Shown: positions 1 through 12,785 of the stretch, in pieces
How positions within the stretch are numbered: the stretch's first letter is position 1
How the letters are laid out: every line of letters starts with the position of its first letter
Source: Haliotis rubra
Lineage: Eukaryota
Direction of reading: 5' to 3'
DNA length: 64,000 nucleotides
Assembly (NCBI RefSeq): GCF_003918875.1
Contig: NW_025767379.1
Span: forward strand, 868,001-932,000
Program-made: the position numbers and the translations under genes
The notes under the pieces: generated by a model
Told to the model about the DNA's origin: nothing
The model's database searches: none
The model's input: only the letters and a program-made list of their open reading frames with translations

Positions 1-49
1 TATCACTCCACGTCAGCAACGTTAATAAATTGGATCTACTCGGTCGAAA

Positions 50-979
50 ATGGCGGACGTGTTTTCAAAGCTGAGAGAGCAAGTCACTTGCACGATATGT
101 CATGACTATTTTGACACACCAAAACTTCTGCCATGTCTTCACAGGTTTTGTGAGACATGTCTCGCCGACTACATCAAGACAAAACATGTGACAACACAGC
201 TTGGTCTGCCGTGCCCCCAGTGCCGTCGCCTGTGTAAGCCCAAAGGCTGGACACACACGATGACCAAGGAGACGTGGGCTGACAAATTCCAAACGGATTT
301 CGTTATTGCCTCAATGTGTGAAGAGTTACGCGGTAGTGTAGACGCCTGTTCGAACCACCCAGACCAGCAGGTGCAAGCGTACTGCAGTGACTGCGGTTTG
401 TGCGTGTGCTATGCTTGCGCGACAGTCAAGCACCGTAGGTGTGAAAGAGTTGCCCCCCTTACAGAAGCCGCCGATAGCACACGATATAGCTGTGAAAGAC
501 GACTTGAAAGTTTACAAGACAAAATAAGGGAAGCCGAGGAACGCCTTGGTCTTATAACAGAAGAACAAATGTCACTGAAGCAAGCGCACGAGTTCTCAGC
601 GAAAAGTATAGTAAAGGACTTTATTAAAGTTAGAAACCTCATCGATGAAGGGGAGAGGAAATTATATGCCCGAATTGAAATGGAGTTCACCAAGGCCCAC
701 CAACAACTTGACCGGAAAGAAAGGCTTGAAAGGAAGGATATCACTGACGGGACATCGGTTGAAAAGGAATTAACAGAACTCATCGATGTAAGATCAGATG
801 CTGTCTTGATGGAAACCTTCCAACAACGTGCACCAAAGCGTTCACTTCTCGAAGATTTCTCCAATGAGGCCATTATTCCCGGAACCTACTTGAATCAAAC
901 TAAAGCCAAGATCGCCAGACTGGATGAGACAGGGAAAGACATTTTGAATACCCTCTCCACGGTACTAAGTCAGACGTAA
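50..979 (+). CDS. TRIM-family E3 ubiquitin ligase (RING - B-box2 - coiled coil), intronless, copy 1
   Basis: RING CTICHDYFDTPKLLPCLHRFCETC...CPQC; B-box CSNH...CSDC...CYAC...HRRC; heptad-rich helical C-terminal half; ATG in AAAATGG context. A possible donor (GTAAGG at 976) overlaps the stop, so a spliced extension cannot be excluded. Confidence 0.9.
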   Translation: MADVFSKLREQVTCTICHDYFDTPKLLPCLHRFCETCLADYIKTKHVTTQLGLPCPQCRRLCKPKGWTHTMTKETWADKFQTDFVIASMCEELRGSVDACSNHPDQQVQAYCSDCGLCVCYACATVKHRRCERVAPLTEAADSTRYSCERRLESLQDKIREAEERLGLITEEQMSLKQAHEFSAKSIVKDFIKVRNLIDEGERKLYARIEMEFTKAHQQLDRKERLERKDITDGTSVEKELTELIDVRSDAVLMETFQQRAPKRSLLEDFSNEAIIPGTYLNQTKAKIARLDETGKDILNTLSTVLSQT

Positions 980-1721
980 GGATGGTAATGGTAGGGCTGG
1001 AGGGTGTGACGAAGTTCAGAAACAAACCAACTGCCGATAAATAGGGATGGCTAACTCCGCTAGTATGAACAACGAACATTTGAATGAGGAACAGTTGTGA
1101 ACATGTTTTATCAGTGAAGTGCTTGCATATCGAAACCTGACCTGATACCGACAACTTCGGATGTGTTATCCGACGATTAACTAGGAACACAGTTTTATCA
1201 GGCCCGATGTTCAGAGTGATACAACGGCGTATGCTACATGTATGCTTTTACATGACTGCGTCCGTTAGGGCGTTATTTTCTCCCAGTATGTAAATTTAAC
1301 TTACTCTATCATGAAGTGCAAGGGAACAATTTGATACCGATGCAGCCCTATGTGTAGAAATATGTGGTTTGGGAGGCAACAAAGAAACTGGTATATGGCA
1401 GCGAGGCCTGGAGGCATCAAGCGCTGCAGTTATGAATCCTGGGTTTGAATCCCAACGCCCGTTTTGCATACCTGGACAGAAGCACGGTATCTCATCCAAC
1501 CTGACACCTGTGATAATTTGTGTCTTTGACATGACGCCGTACACGCCGACGGGCTGCCGATATGACCGAGACACACCACGGGGTGACGTCATGAACGGCG
1601 TCAGACGCTGGCAGAGTGGCGTGACACGCATCGGCAACGTCGATGAGTCTCACCACACGATCTAGTTACAGCCACCTCTGGCAACTTGAACTTTGTAATA
1701 CATTATATACATAAGGATGAT

Positions 1722-1838
1722 TGAGTATTGTACGCCGCTTTTAACAATATCACGGCAGGAGACAACCAGACATTGGCTTCACACATTGTACGCATGTGAG
1801 GTTTGGAACGCACGACTACTTGACTACCCCACCAACCC
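1722..1838 (-). mobile_element. degenerate short tRNA-derived SINE (family 1)
   Basis: Similar to the intact copy at 49276-49442 (ggcttcacacattgta core, cgccgctttta tail). Confidence 0.65.
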
Positions 1839-2214
1839 ACGTGATATACGCAGACTTTCGCTTATGCCATAATTCCGTGTAATTATACTTGCTTTTCTGT
1901 GATTCTTTCGTACTTATGTATTTATATAATACTGTATCCGAAAGTTGTAAACAATCTACACGTACAGACAACGTTTAGTCGTGTCTCACAACACTTATTT
2001 TATAATTGTTCTCAATGTTTGTTGTAACCAACCTATTTTGCTGATTACCTCGTCGAGTCTTAGACGTTCAGCAGGTTGGTGAAACCTACGACCAGAGTAC
2101 CTGTGTTTACGAACCTTGAAGGACCGTGTGTACGAATCTGTGATCAGAACAAACTGACCTAAAGACAGTTGTGCACCTCAGACCACTGCACAGCCCTCGA
2201 AAATTGTTCACAGA

Positions 2215-2850
2215 TAAGATGTTTAAAATACTGGCTTAAAATTCTTAACATGCTTTACAATCGCATTCCAAAACTGTCATTAATATGTTAGTTCACTTAG
2301 ATAGCGTTGGCAAAGTAACTTGGGCATCAAGTTTAAGATATTTATTATTTTCTCACGGTTATGGGTATGTCTGGTTAAACCAAACTCTTGGTCATATTGA
2401 TGTTTTTATTGACGATTTTCGCAATCGAGCTATTAATATGTTTCACCAGGAATGGCAATCAAGTTTGAATAATAGCACACGCTATGATTGTTAAAGGACA
2501 TTTAAAACTTTACTACAACCAGAAAAATATTTATCTGTCCTTAGATGCAACGATTTAAGGTAAAAGTTGATAAAATTAAGACTAGGTTTGATTTTAATGG
2601 TAAATGAAAGAAGAAAAATGCCCATTGAAATGAATCAAAGAATATGTCCATTATGCGAAGAAGCAGTTGAAAACGAAATTCGTTTCACTTTTATCTATAA
2701 ATCATATGCTGACATTAGAAAGCAATATACATGTATGCCAGAGTATTATCTGTCACAACTCCGCGATGTAGCTTTTACATCATTATTATGTATTGCAATG
2801 AACAGAATATCAGAAATCTGCCATTGTTTATATTACACTCCAGTAAGTTA
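2215..2850 (+). mobile_element. 5'-truncated non-LTR retrotransposon (RTE-X-like) 3' ORF remnant
   Basis: Broken frames give WASSLRYLLFSHGYGYVWLNQ, LQPEKYL, KLRLG and RICPLCEEAVENE, typical of the C-terminal region of these LINE ORFs. Clade assignment is tentative. Confidence 0.7.
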
Positions 2851-3343
2851 AGAGATGAATTGCTGAAAAATTAGTTACAATTGACTTGTAAAAAAATACA
2901 TATGTATAACTCTGTAAACTGTATGTGGGCCGGGGGCTTGAATCCAATAAAATTCTTGTCTGTTTGTCTGGCTGCTTCAGATTTGAGGGTTACTACAGAT
3001 GGGGAAAGACTCCAAGTATGAATCATGATGAAACATTCGGAAAGAGAATTACGATTCAAGGTCTATTTGCAACAACCAACCCACCCCAATCACCTGGCTT
3101 GAGGGTTCCTTTTGTGGAAGTATCATTTCTTGTATATGTATAATTTAGCCGGGACTCTATGCTGGTCTCTCCAAAAACAACTCAACTGTTGTTGCCAAAC
3201 TATTCAGATTAACATTCAATTAAGATTAAAATGTAATTTGTGTGTGTTAACATAATGTGTGTAACGCTAGTGTATGTTGTTTTAATCATAGGAGACAGAT
3301 CACGTCAAAAGAATAGAACTTTAAGCAATATATGGAAAATATG

Positions 3344-3496
3344 GAGTGTGTGACTTTAGTTTTAGGCCGCTTTTAGCAGTATCACGGCGGAGGACACCAG
3401 AAATGGGCTTCACACAATGTAGACATCTGGGGAATAGAACCAGTGTCTTCGGCGTGACGAGCGGACGCTTTAACCACTTAGCTACCCTACCGCCCC
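3344..3496 (-). mobile_element. short tRNA-derived SINE (family 1)
   Basis: Reverse complement of GGGGCGGT..GGTAGC..GTGGTTAAAGCG..CGTCACGCCGAAGAC..GGTTC, with A/B boxes and the family tail. Confidence 0.85.
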
Positions 3497-3715
3497 GTGA
3501 AACATGGGGAGTGACTTGAAGTGTGTAGGAGGAGTTTCAAATAGCTGGGGACAAACTGTAGCCACACCATGATTTGATAATTTGATTGTATTTGAGAGTT
3601 GTGTTAGCATTACATCAACACCAAGACAAATGAAGCACTGTGGACAGCAGACTGTTGGAGATCTATCCCTTGTAATAGCTATGGCTGGCAGCCCCTACCA
3701 CGAGACCGACGACAC

Positions 3716-6025
3716 TCACAACAAGACAGTCACATACGTGATGGACAACGACGGTCACAGCAAGACAGTCACATACGTGATGGACAACGACGATCACAGC
3801 AAGACAGTCATACGTGATGGACAGCGACGGTCACAGCAAGACAGACACATACGTGATGGACAACGACGGTCACAGCAAGACAGACACATATGTGATGGAC
3901 AACGACGATCGCAGCAAGACAGTCACATACGTGATGGACAACGACGGTCACAGCAAGACAGTCACATACGTGATGGACAACGACGATCACAGCAAGACAG
4001 TCATACGTGATGGACAGCGACGGTCACAGCAAGACAGTCACATACGTGATGGACAACGACACTTACAACAAAACAGTCACATACGTGATGGACAACGACG
4101 CTTACAACAAGACAGTCACATACGTGATGGACAACGACGGTCACAGCAAGACAGTCACATACGTGATGGACAACGACGGTCACAGCAAGACACAGATGGA
4201 CAACGACATACGTGATGGACATACGTGATGGACACGACGATCACAACAAGACAGTCACATACGTGATGGACAACGACGGTCACAGCAAGACAGTCACATA
4301 CGTGATGGACAACGACGGTCACAGCAAAACAGTCACATACGTGATGGACAACGACGGTCACAGCAAAACAGTCACATACGTGATGGACAACGACGGTCAC
4401 AGCAAAACAGTCACATACGTGATGGTGATGGACAACGACCGTCACAGCAAAACAGTCACATACGTGATGGACAACGACACAGCAAGACAGTCACATACGT
4501 GATGGACAACGACACTTACAACAAGACAGTCACATATGTGATGGACAACGACGGTCACAGCAAAACAGTCACATACGTGATGGACAACGACGGTCACATG
4601 GATAGCGGCCTTACAACAAGATGATGGAGCAAGCAAAACAGTCACATACGTGATGGACAACGACGGTCACAACAAAACAGTCACATACGTGATGGACAGC
4701 GACGGTCACAGCAAAACAGTCACATACGTGATGGACAACGACGGTCACAGCAAGACAGTCACATACGTGATGGACAACGACGGTCACAGCAAAACAGTCA
4801 CATACGTGATGGACAACGACGGTCACAGCAAAACAGTCACATACGTGATGGACAACGACACTTACAGCAGGACAGTCACTTACAACAAGACAGATACGTG
4901 ATGGACAGCGACGGTCACAGCAAAGACAGTCACATGCGTGATGGACAACGACGCTTACAACAAGACAGTCACATACGTGAAGGACAACGACGCTTCCAAC
5001 AAGACAGTCACATACGTGATGGACAACGATGCTTCCAACAAGACAGTCACATGCGTGATGGACAACGACGCTTCCAACAAGACAGTCACATACGTGATGG
5101 ACAACGTCGCTTACAGCAAGACAGTCACATATGTGATGGACAACGATGCTTCCAACAAGACAGTCACATATGTGATGGACAAGGACACTTACAGCAAGAC
5201 AGTCACATACGTGAAGGACAACGACACAGCAAGACAGTCACATACGTGATGGACAACGTCGCTTCCAACAAGACAGTCACATACGTGATGGACAACGATG
5301 CTTCCAACAAGACAGTCACATATGTGATGGACAACGATGCTTCCAACAAGACAGTCACATATGTGATGGACAAGGACACTTACAGCAAGACAGTCACATA
5401 CGTGAAGGACAAGGACACAGCAAGGACATACGTGATGGACAACAACAAGACAGTCACATACGTGATGGACGTGATCCAACAAGGTCACAATGTGATGGTC
5501 GACACTTCCAACAAGACAGTCACATACGTGATGGACAACGATGCTTCCAACAAGACAGTCACATACGTGATGGACAACGACGCTTACAACAAGACAGTCA
5601 CATACGTGATGGACAACGACACTTACAACAAGACAGTCACATACGTGAAGGACAACGACACAGCAAGACAGTCACATACGTGATGGACAACGTCGCTTAC
5701 AACAAGACAGTCACATACGTGATGGCTTCCAACAAGACAGTCACATATGTGATGGACAAGGACACTTACAGCAAGACAGTCACATACGTGAAGGGACAAC
5801 GGACACAGCAAGACAGTCACATACGTGATGGACAACGACAGCAAGACAGTCACATACGTGATGGACAACGACGCTTCCAACAAGACAGTCACATATGTGA
5901 TGGACAAGGACACTTACAGCAAGACAGTCACATACGTGAAGGACAACGACACAGCAAGACAGTCACATACGTGATGGACAACGTCGCTTACAGCAAGACA
6001 GTCACATACGTGATGGACAACGACT
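3716..6025. repeat. 39-bp minisatellite, ~55-60 units (CAAGACAGTCACATACGTGATGGACAACGACGGTCACAG)
   Basis: Directly visible tandem array; explains all the KTVTYVMDNDGHS / QQDSHIRDGQRR ORFs. Confidence 0.97.
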
Positions 6026-6818
6026 CTTACAGACTCGTGATGCACAAGACTCCGGGATGCAGAGCTGAGTCTCCATCCAAAACATGGTGGAGCAGTTCCA
6101 TCCACATCTAGAACAGGGAAAAGATCACACAAGGCAAACAAGGTGATTTTTCCAAAAACATTCAGGGAGCCACTAAACAACTACAATGACGAGATTTGAG
6201 CACGGTGCTTTTAATGAGTTTTCCTACATTTGTACAAGACGTCCTGCCAATCTGGAAACGTTTCAGACCAGTTCGTCATCGGCAAAGATGTGTTCCTATC
6301 ACTGTTCTAATAGACTAACGCTTAGTCTCTGAATGTATGTAACTTTCATAGTAGCAAATAAACCCATATACATTGAAAAGAAGCCCTAGAGAGATGGGAA
6401 ATTCTTGAACTTGGGGAAATCTAGACTTGCTTCATTTGGGACATTATCATTTCAGGAAGGGCAAGGCAGTAGGGGAAATAATGTGGTTCAGGGACTGTGA
6501 GACAGACTACTGCTCAAACTAAATACGCCGTTTTTAAATGTACATGTATTTACATTTATATAAATACGACCAAAGCATAACAAACGTTATCGGTAGGTCA
6601 CTATGCTGAAACACAGCACAGAATAAGGTTCTGCTCCCACCTATGATACCCGTATATACCAACATGTGCTTCTTAGCTACCACCAAAGATGGCTGTGTAC
6701 TTTTCGGCAGTGTAGCATTTTTGTGAAGCGGCATTCCATCAGTAATATACGTGAACGTCCTTCGTCCTTGATTGAAGCTGATAAAACAGCACATGTGTCT
6801 CCCCACCAATGGGGATCA

Positions 6819-6970
6819 TGAGTGAGTTTAGTTTTACGCTGCGTTTAGCAATATTCCAGCAATATCACAGAGGGGACACCAGAAATGGGCCTCACACATT
6901 GTACCCATGTGGGGAATGGAACCCGGCGTGACGAGCGAACGCTTTAACCACTAAGCTACCCCACCGCCCC
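6819..6970 (-). mobile_element. short tRNA-derived SINE (family 1)
   Basis: Near full-length match to the family on the minus strand with (TGAG)n tail. Confidence 0.88.
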
Positions 6971-7171
6971 TGGTAATCCTGAATCTGCACAAGAGTCGGA
7001 CATGACATTGAAGTGATCGGAATCATACAGTGAGCTGGTGCTACCAGACATCTCTTCAGATTATGGAAGGACTTTTGAAATATGATTTTATGAATTTACG
7101 TTTTATATTGAAAACCAATTTTTGAAAATGCCTTAGCTGTTTTTGTTTATAATATAATTCAGTTCAATGTT

Positions 7172-7312
7172 TGAGTGAGAGAGTTGGGTTTTACGCCGCT
7201 TTTAGCAATATTCCAGCATCACCACGGTCCAGAACTAGGCTTCACACACTGTAACCATGTGGAGAATCGAACCCGGGTCTTCGGCGTGACAAGCGAACGC
7301 TTTAACCACCAG
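7172..7312 (-). mobile_element. short tRNA-derived SINE (family 1), partial
   Basis: gaatcgaacccgggtcttcggcgtgac B-box region plus family tail. Confidence 0.8.
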
Positions 7313-7875
7313 CGACCCAGTTCAACATGTGCGTAGATATTCTTTTTAATGTTTCAAATATTGAGTTCATGCAACCTTTTTGTATTGACTGCCCACGACC
7401 ACACACACACGCAAGCGCGCCCGCACGATAGCTTCGAAATACGAAGTTTCCAAAACCAAAGAGTTCCACTGGGCATGCCTCAAGATGGCTGGCTATTAAT
7501 GTTGTCCTCAGAGGCGAGGTTGATACTTCACATTTTGAAAATACGCATGTATAAATGTGCCTTGTTGAAACCTTACGAACGGGTACATTATGCGTAGGAA
7601 TACATTTACCCAAGGCAACATGAAGCCAAACAAGTAGTCCTGAGTTCGTTTGCAAAAATTCATTCGCTGTTTCCAAGTCTTGGGAAGATAATCGAAAAGA
7701 ATAATGATTGAACGATGGTCTATTGATAGCCTAGTTGACACTGGGAAACTCTGCTATAAACAGTAACGCTTCTTTGTGGTATGTATTCTCTATGCTTCAG
7801 TTGCGATTCTCACCACAGTGAAGGTCGAAGGTCGAGTTTGTTTGGGTATTTCCCTACTTTCATTATCGATTAAAC

Positions 7876-8845
7876 ATGGCGGCGTTTGAAGACCCTCTCG
7901 CCGACGACTTAAAGTGCCCAATCTGTAGGAGTGGTTAAATGATCCAAAGGCACTCCACTGCCTTCACAGATTTTGTCGGGATTGCTTAGAGAACGTCATC
8001 CGATTTCGGACGACCCTGGATCGAGCTGTGTGTCTTGCCCCGTATGTCGACGGAAAAGTCGAGTATCTAATCCTGGTGCTATCAATGTTGACAGCTTTGT
8101 CACAGATGTTGGAGTGAGGAATGTTGTCCAAGCTCTGAAAAAGACGAGAGAAGATATATTTCTCTGTGATACACACACCGGCAACCCAGTCGTCTTGTAC
8201 TGCAAGTCATGTGAGGTGAAGCTATGTCATGTTTGCTCAGGGGTGGACCACCGCGGGTGTGAAGGAGTTGTCTCCCTTCAGTCGGTTGCCGCTGAAGAGA
8301 GAAAGCATGTGACGGGTCTCTTGGTGAAACTGAAAACGAAAACAGGATCGCTGGAGAAGCAAAGTGAGGGCTTGAAGCATGAAACCGAGATGCTGAAAAA
8401 AAGACGCCACGAAGAAATTGAGGCAGCCAGTGAGAGGTTTGGCAAGGTTCGTCAAATACTAAGTCGACGCGAGGAACAGCTCATCAACGAAATTGAAAAG
8501 GAGTTCGGAAAAACTAAGAAAGGATACCAGTTGCTTGTTGAGAGCCTCCGTGACGAGATCAGGGCGACGACTGAGGCTGAAAAGTATATCGAGAATTCTC
8601 TACCCAAATCAGATATTCAACTTTTTAATCAAAACTGCCAAAGACGCTGTCGTCCAATTGCGTTCAAGATGGACAAAACGAGCGACATAAGTTTCGACAA
8701 GAAGGTAAAATCTTTGATGAAACAGACTAAATTGTCAGACATTGAACTTCTTCTCACGCAACAAGAATCCGTTCCCCCGACAGCTTCACCGTCGATCTCT
8801 AAAAAAAGAACATACCCATGGTCACCAAACAGCTCCCCATCGTAG
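7876..8845 (+). pseudogene. TRIM (RING-B-box-coiled coil) copy 2 with two single-base frameshifts in the RING region; pseudogene or assembly error
   Basis: ATG 7876 (AAACATGG) gives MAAFEDPLADDLKCPIC; a -1 frame continues EWLNDPKALHCLHRFCRDCLENVI; a second -1 frame continues SCVSCPVCRRK...CDTHTGNPVVLYCKSC...HRGC to the stop at 8845. Confidence 0.82.
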
Positions 8846-10347
8846 CCATGCCGCTCCCCATCACCATGCTACCCATCCTCCCCTTAACTCTTGACTGACC
8901 TCGACGTCAGTCAGTCAGTCAGTCTCATCCTCGCCTTAACTCTTGACTGACCTCCACGTCTCGGGAACCCCGTTTATCCAGTACATCTACGTTTAGTGGA
9001 CCAAAGACCGTATGACTGTATATCCAGATGTATCCAGATGTGTCCTGAGTTGTCTTTCTTACCAACATGAAATAATCTGCTTATGGCGCTACGATTGCTT
9101 GTTTCGAGGATAATGTTCAAGGAGATATTCACGGAGATATCGAGTGTGTATTTTGGGGGGTATGTTTTAAAAACACAAAAAAACGAGGCGCTTGATGCAT
9201 GCTGTTATTGTTCAATGCCGGGCAGTGAGGTAGCTTGTCACATCGAAGACCCATATGGGTATATCATGTGTGAAGCCCATTTCTGTTGTCCTTTGACCAA
9301 CATCTAGTCTCTGAAATGAACATATTTTGCAGAAAAAAACAGTTCCTAAATTATAACAATAAAAAATAATAAAAATGAGTCCAGAGGCTTTCTTTATCTG
9401 AAACTGTGGAAATCTTGCCACAGAATCTAAACTGTGGAAATCTTGCCACATAATCTAAACTTGCATTGGCTTTCTTGGATATGTATATTTCAGAGTCTGT
9501 ATGTCAGACTATATGGGGTCCCTGAAGTGATATTGCTGGAATATTGCTAAAAGCAGCGTAAAACCCAACTCACTCACTCACTCTTTCTATCTGTTTCATC
9601 TGTGTGTTGACTGATGTCAAGCCGCGTGTATATGGTGTTTTTTCTTGTTCCACGTTTACAGTTTGAGGAAAGGTGAAAATAATGCAAGTCTTCGAGGTTG
9701 GATATCTGAGAGCACAACCCTGTGAGAAAATGGGTGTCCACCTTTAATGGTGGCGATATAATATTTTGACATTAACAATATGTTTCGAACTGAAGTGAGG
9801 AAAGAACGTTGCCAACCTTTGTTCGCATATAGGAAGACTGATGATTTTTCTCTCTGTTGCCCAACCCTATTTGCGCTACAGTTTGCCTGTAATTCGTACT
9901 GCTGTACAAAAACCGTAAATACTTAAGTTCGTTCATATAATATTGTGTTGTGTATTGTATTTGTACGTGTTTTTCTGTATTTTGTTTATATACGATGTAG
10001 AAATAAGTTCCCATTGGAAATAAAGTATTATCTTACCCTCCTCAAGAGAAATCAATTCTTTCGTCCAACAAACTAGTTTACTAATCCGGATCAGATCCTC
10101 CTTGGCCTCATAATAAGATTAAATATGGGTAAAAAACACAAAAGGGCAGTGTCCACTAGCGTCTTCAGTGACATAAGACAAGCATAAAATGTAGTCGATC
10201 CTTTAGACTGGCAAAAAAACAACCGTGGCAAATTACAGAAACCTCCAAATGTTAGTGCCAGTACACTTTATAATCCCGAACAGACTGTAGATCGGCTCAT
10301 AGTTTGAAATAGACTGTAACTGGGAATTTCCGCAGTTGCAAACAAAC

Positions 10348-11301
10348 ATGGCGGACCTCCTAGCGAAACTCCAGGATGATATAACTTGCTCTATATGTCA
10401 GGACTACTTCAGAACACCAAAACTTCTAGGCTGCCTCCATCGGTACTGCCGGGATTGCTTGCACAAGTATATTTTGTCTAAAGGATCAAACGATGGTGTC
10501 AGTTGCCCGACATGTCGGCAAACCAGCAAACCTCTGACGGTCGGGGTAAGTACCCTCGCCCTGGGAGAATGGGCTGACAGTTTCAAAACGGATTTTCTTC
10601 TGGGATCTTTGGTTGACAACATAAAGAAAGAGAAGAAACACGGTGACGTCTGCACGAAGCACTCGGGTAACCCGGTTGTATTGTTTTGCCGTGACTGCAG
10701 GAAGACGATATGTCATGTTTGTGCAGGTGTGGATCACCGCAGGTGTGACGGAGTTGTCCCCCTTAGACCAGAAGCCGAGAGAGAGAGGGCTCACATTAAT
10801 CAGCGGCTCACGAAGATGCGTACAGCAAAGACGATAGCTGACCAGAACTACAACCACTCTCAACATCAAAGTCTGATGCTTATGATCGAATTTGAAACCA
10901 CTAAAGCTAAGGCCAAAAAGGAGTTCAAGAAAATTCACGATCTTGTAAACAAGCAAGAGAAAATGTGTCTCAACAATCTCAACAAGGAATATGAGAGCAG
11001 ATACCGTGATGTTGCTAACACCAAACACAAGAATATACTGAACTCTGTAACCGAGAGTCTGAAAAAAGCTGAAAAAGCTGTAAATGAAAGTTCAGACGTT
11101 GAGATATTGAACGATGAAGACTCTAAGCGATTCCCTTATTTACCGGTGGTCATCCCCATTCGTAACATGAAACGTCACAATGAGTGTGCCTCGATTAGTC
11201 AGTTCCAGACTGTCTTGAAGAAAGCCAAGATCCAAGATACAATAGCTGTACTAGAAAGTGCTGTGTCAGCTGAAGGCGGTGAAGAGAGTACCACTGTTTA
11301 A
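10348..11301 (+). CDS. TRIM E3 ligase (RING-B-box2-coiled coil), intronless, copy 3
   Basis: True start likely ATG 10348 (AAACATGG, MADLLAKL); RING CSIC..CLHRYCRDC..CPTC; B-box CTKH..CRDC..CHVC..HRRC; ends EESTTV*. Confidence 0.92.
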   Translation: MADLLAKLQDDITCSICQDYFRTPKLLGCLHRYCRDCLHKYILSKGSNDGVSCPTCRQTSKPLTVGVSTLALGEWADSFKTDFLLGSLVDNIKKEKKHGDVCTKHSGNPVVLFCRDCRKTICHVCAGVDHRRCDGVVPLRPEAERERAHINQRLTKMRTAKTIADQNYNHSQHQSLMLMIEFETTKAKAKKEFKKIHDLVNKQEKMCLNNLNKEYESRYRDVANTKHKNILNSVTESLKKAEKAVNESSDVEILNDEDSKRFPYLPVVIPIRNMKRHNECASISQFQTVLKKAKIQDTIAVLESAVSAEGGEESTTV

Positions 11302-12189
11302 AGGGACCTTTTCAGTGTGTTCAATATGGTTGTCTGTGTTGAAGTTCTACCGCAGAATTGAAGAAACGTTCTGTGAAACATGAGAGTTTATTGTGTCATT
11401 ATTTGTTTTTACTGACATGGGTGTATAATTAAGGAACAGTTATGCCTCAAGATCCACATTTTACCAAGAAATTATGTTTGGAAATGATTATCGAAGCAAG
11501 AAGTTCACAGAAAGAAGATGTTTTGTTAGTTCAGGATGGACGTGACTGTGTGTGACTCATGTTACTATTGACAGTACATATTGCTTGACCTGTATGTATA
11601 CATGCTAGTTCTAATCAATAGGGTATCATTAATCTGCATGGTTGTTCAAACATATTTCACTTTCTCAAATATTCGAGTTCCTAGTATGATAGATGGTAGA
11701 GGTAAATGTATAATCTCGGGTGTCTCTGGAGGTTGGGTTGTTGATTTGTTTGTACATGTGTACAACGTGATTCTTCTGCTTTCATAAAGAGCATGTTATT
11801 TTGAGGTTGTCCTAAACTTTGCCATATATGTGACAGTACCATGTCATCCTATTGTCATTATTGTATGTTCATAGCTTATTACACGTTCACTGTAGTAGAC
11901 CATTTAATTGGCTGCATGTTGAATATATAATGCTTTCAGGATATTTCCTTCACAGTGTTGCTGTATTTGATTAGGCTTTACTTTGATATAGATGTTGAGT
12001 GCATGGATTACAAGTGTGAAATACTTGTAGACTTGAAATCACTCACAAGAAACTAAATAAACAGGACGAGAGATATGTCTGCTCTTTTATAGTGATGTGT
12101 TTGTGATTTGTGTTTTTGCAAGACAAGGACAAATGGGCCCGGTCGTCTAAGGTGCAATTCCTGTTCGAATCCTCTGCTTCTCTTCTGGT

Positions 12190-12357
12190 GGGGCGGTGGG
12201 GTAGCCTAATGGTTAAAGCGTTCGCTTGTCACACCGAAGACCCGGGTTTGATTCCTCACATGGGAACAATGTGTGAAGCTCATTTCTGGTGTCCACTGCT
12301 GTGATAATGCTGGAATATTGCTAAAAGTGGTGTAAAACTAAACTCACTCACTCACTC
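12190..12357 (+). mobile_element. short tRNA-derived SINE (family 1), full length
   Basis: A box, B box, (ACTC)n tail, imperfect flanking repeat ctcttctggtg/cccttctggcg. Confidence 0.9.
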
Positions 12358-12626
12358 CCTTCTGGCGTGTCAGAAAACTATTATTATTCGAATTCATTGC
12401 TTCTCACTGGGCTTGTCGGAAACTATAATGGCCAAGGTGTTTCAGCACGAAATCCGTGGTTGTGTATTTCATTCCAGTCCTCAACAAATACGACCCACAT
12501 AGTTTTAGTCGTTTCTCCCTCATCAAGCTGACAGACCCTGGTAAAACATATACTGTTTTGAACTCCGAACTGGCTCATACCATAACACAGGTACATATGG
12601 ACAAGGTAATATCTGTCGGTGATTTG

Positions 12627-12785
12627 TGGGGTGAGATTGGTTTTACGTCATGTTTAGCAATATTCTAGCAATATCACAGCAGGGGACACTAGAAATTGGC
12701 TTCACACATTACAACCATGTGTAGATTCGTACCCGGGTCTCCGGGACGACTAGCAAACGCTTTAATCACTATCCTACCCCACCGT
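12627..12785 (-). mobile_element. degenerate family-1 SINE
   Basis: ttagcaatattc..ggggacactagaaattggcttcacacatt match to the family. Confidence 0.7.

Noticed and set aside
1369-1665. 98-aa ORF downstream of TRIM1 as a second exon
   Set aside because: No convincing acceptor or recognisable domain
3716-6025. CRISPR-like array or repetitive protein gene
   Set aside because: Units are head-to-tail with no unique spacers, there are no cas genes, and the context is eukaryotic. Frames shift repeatedly, so the ORFs are by-products of the repeat.
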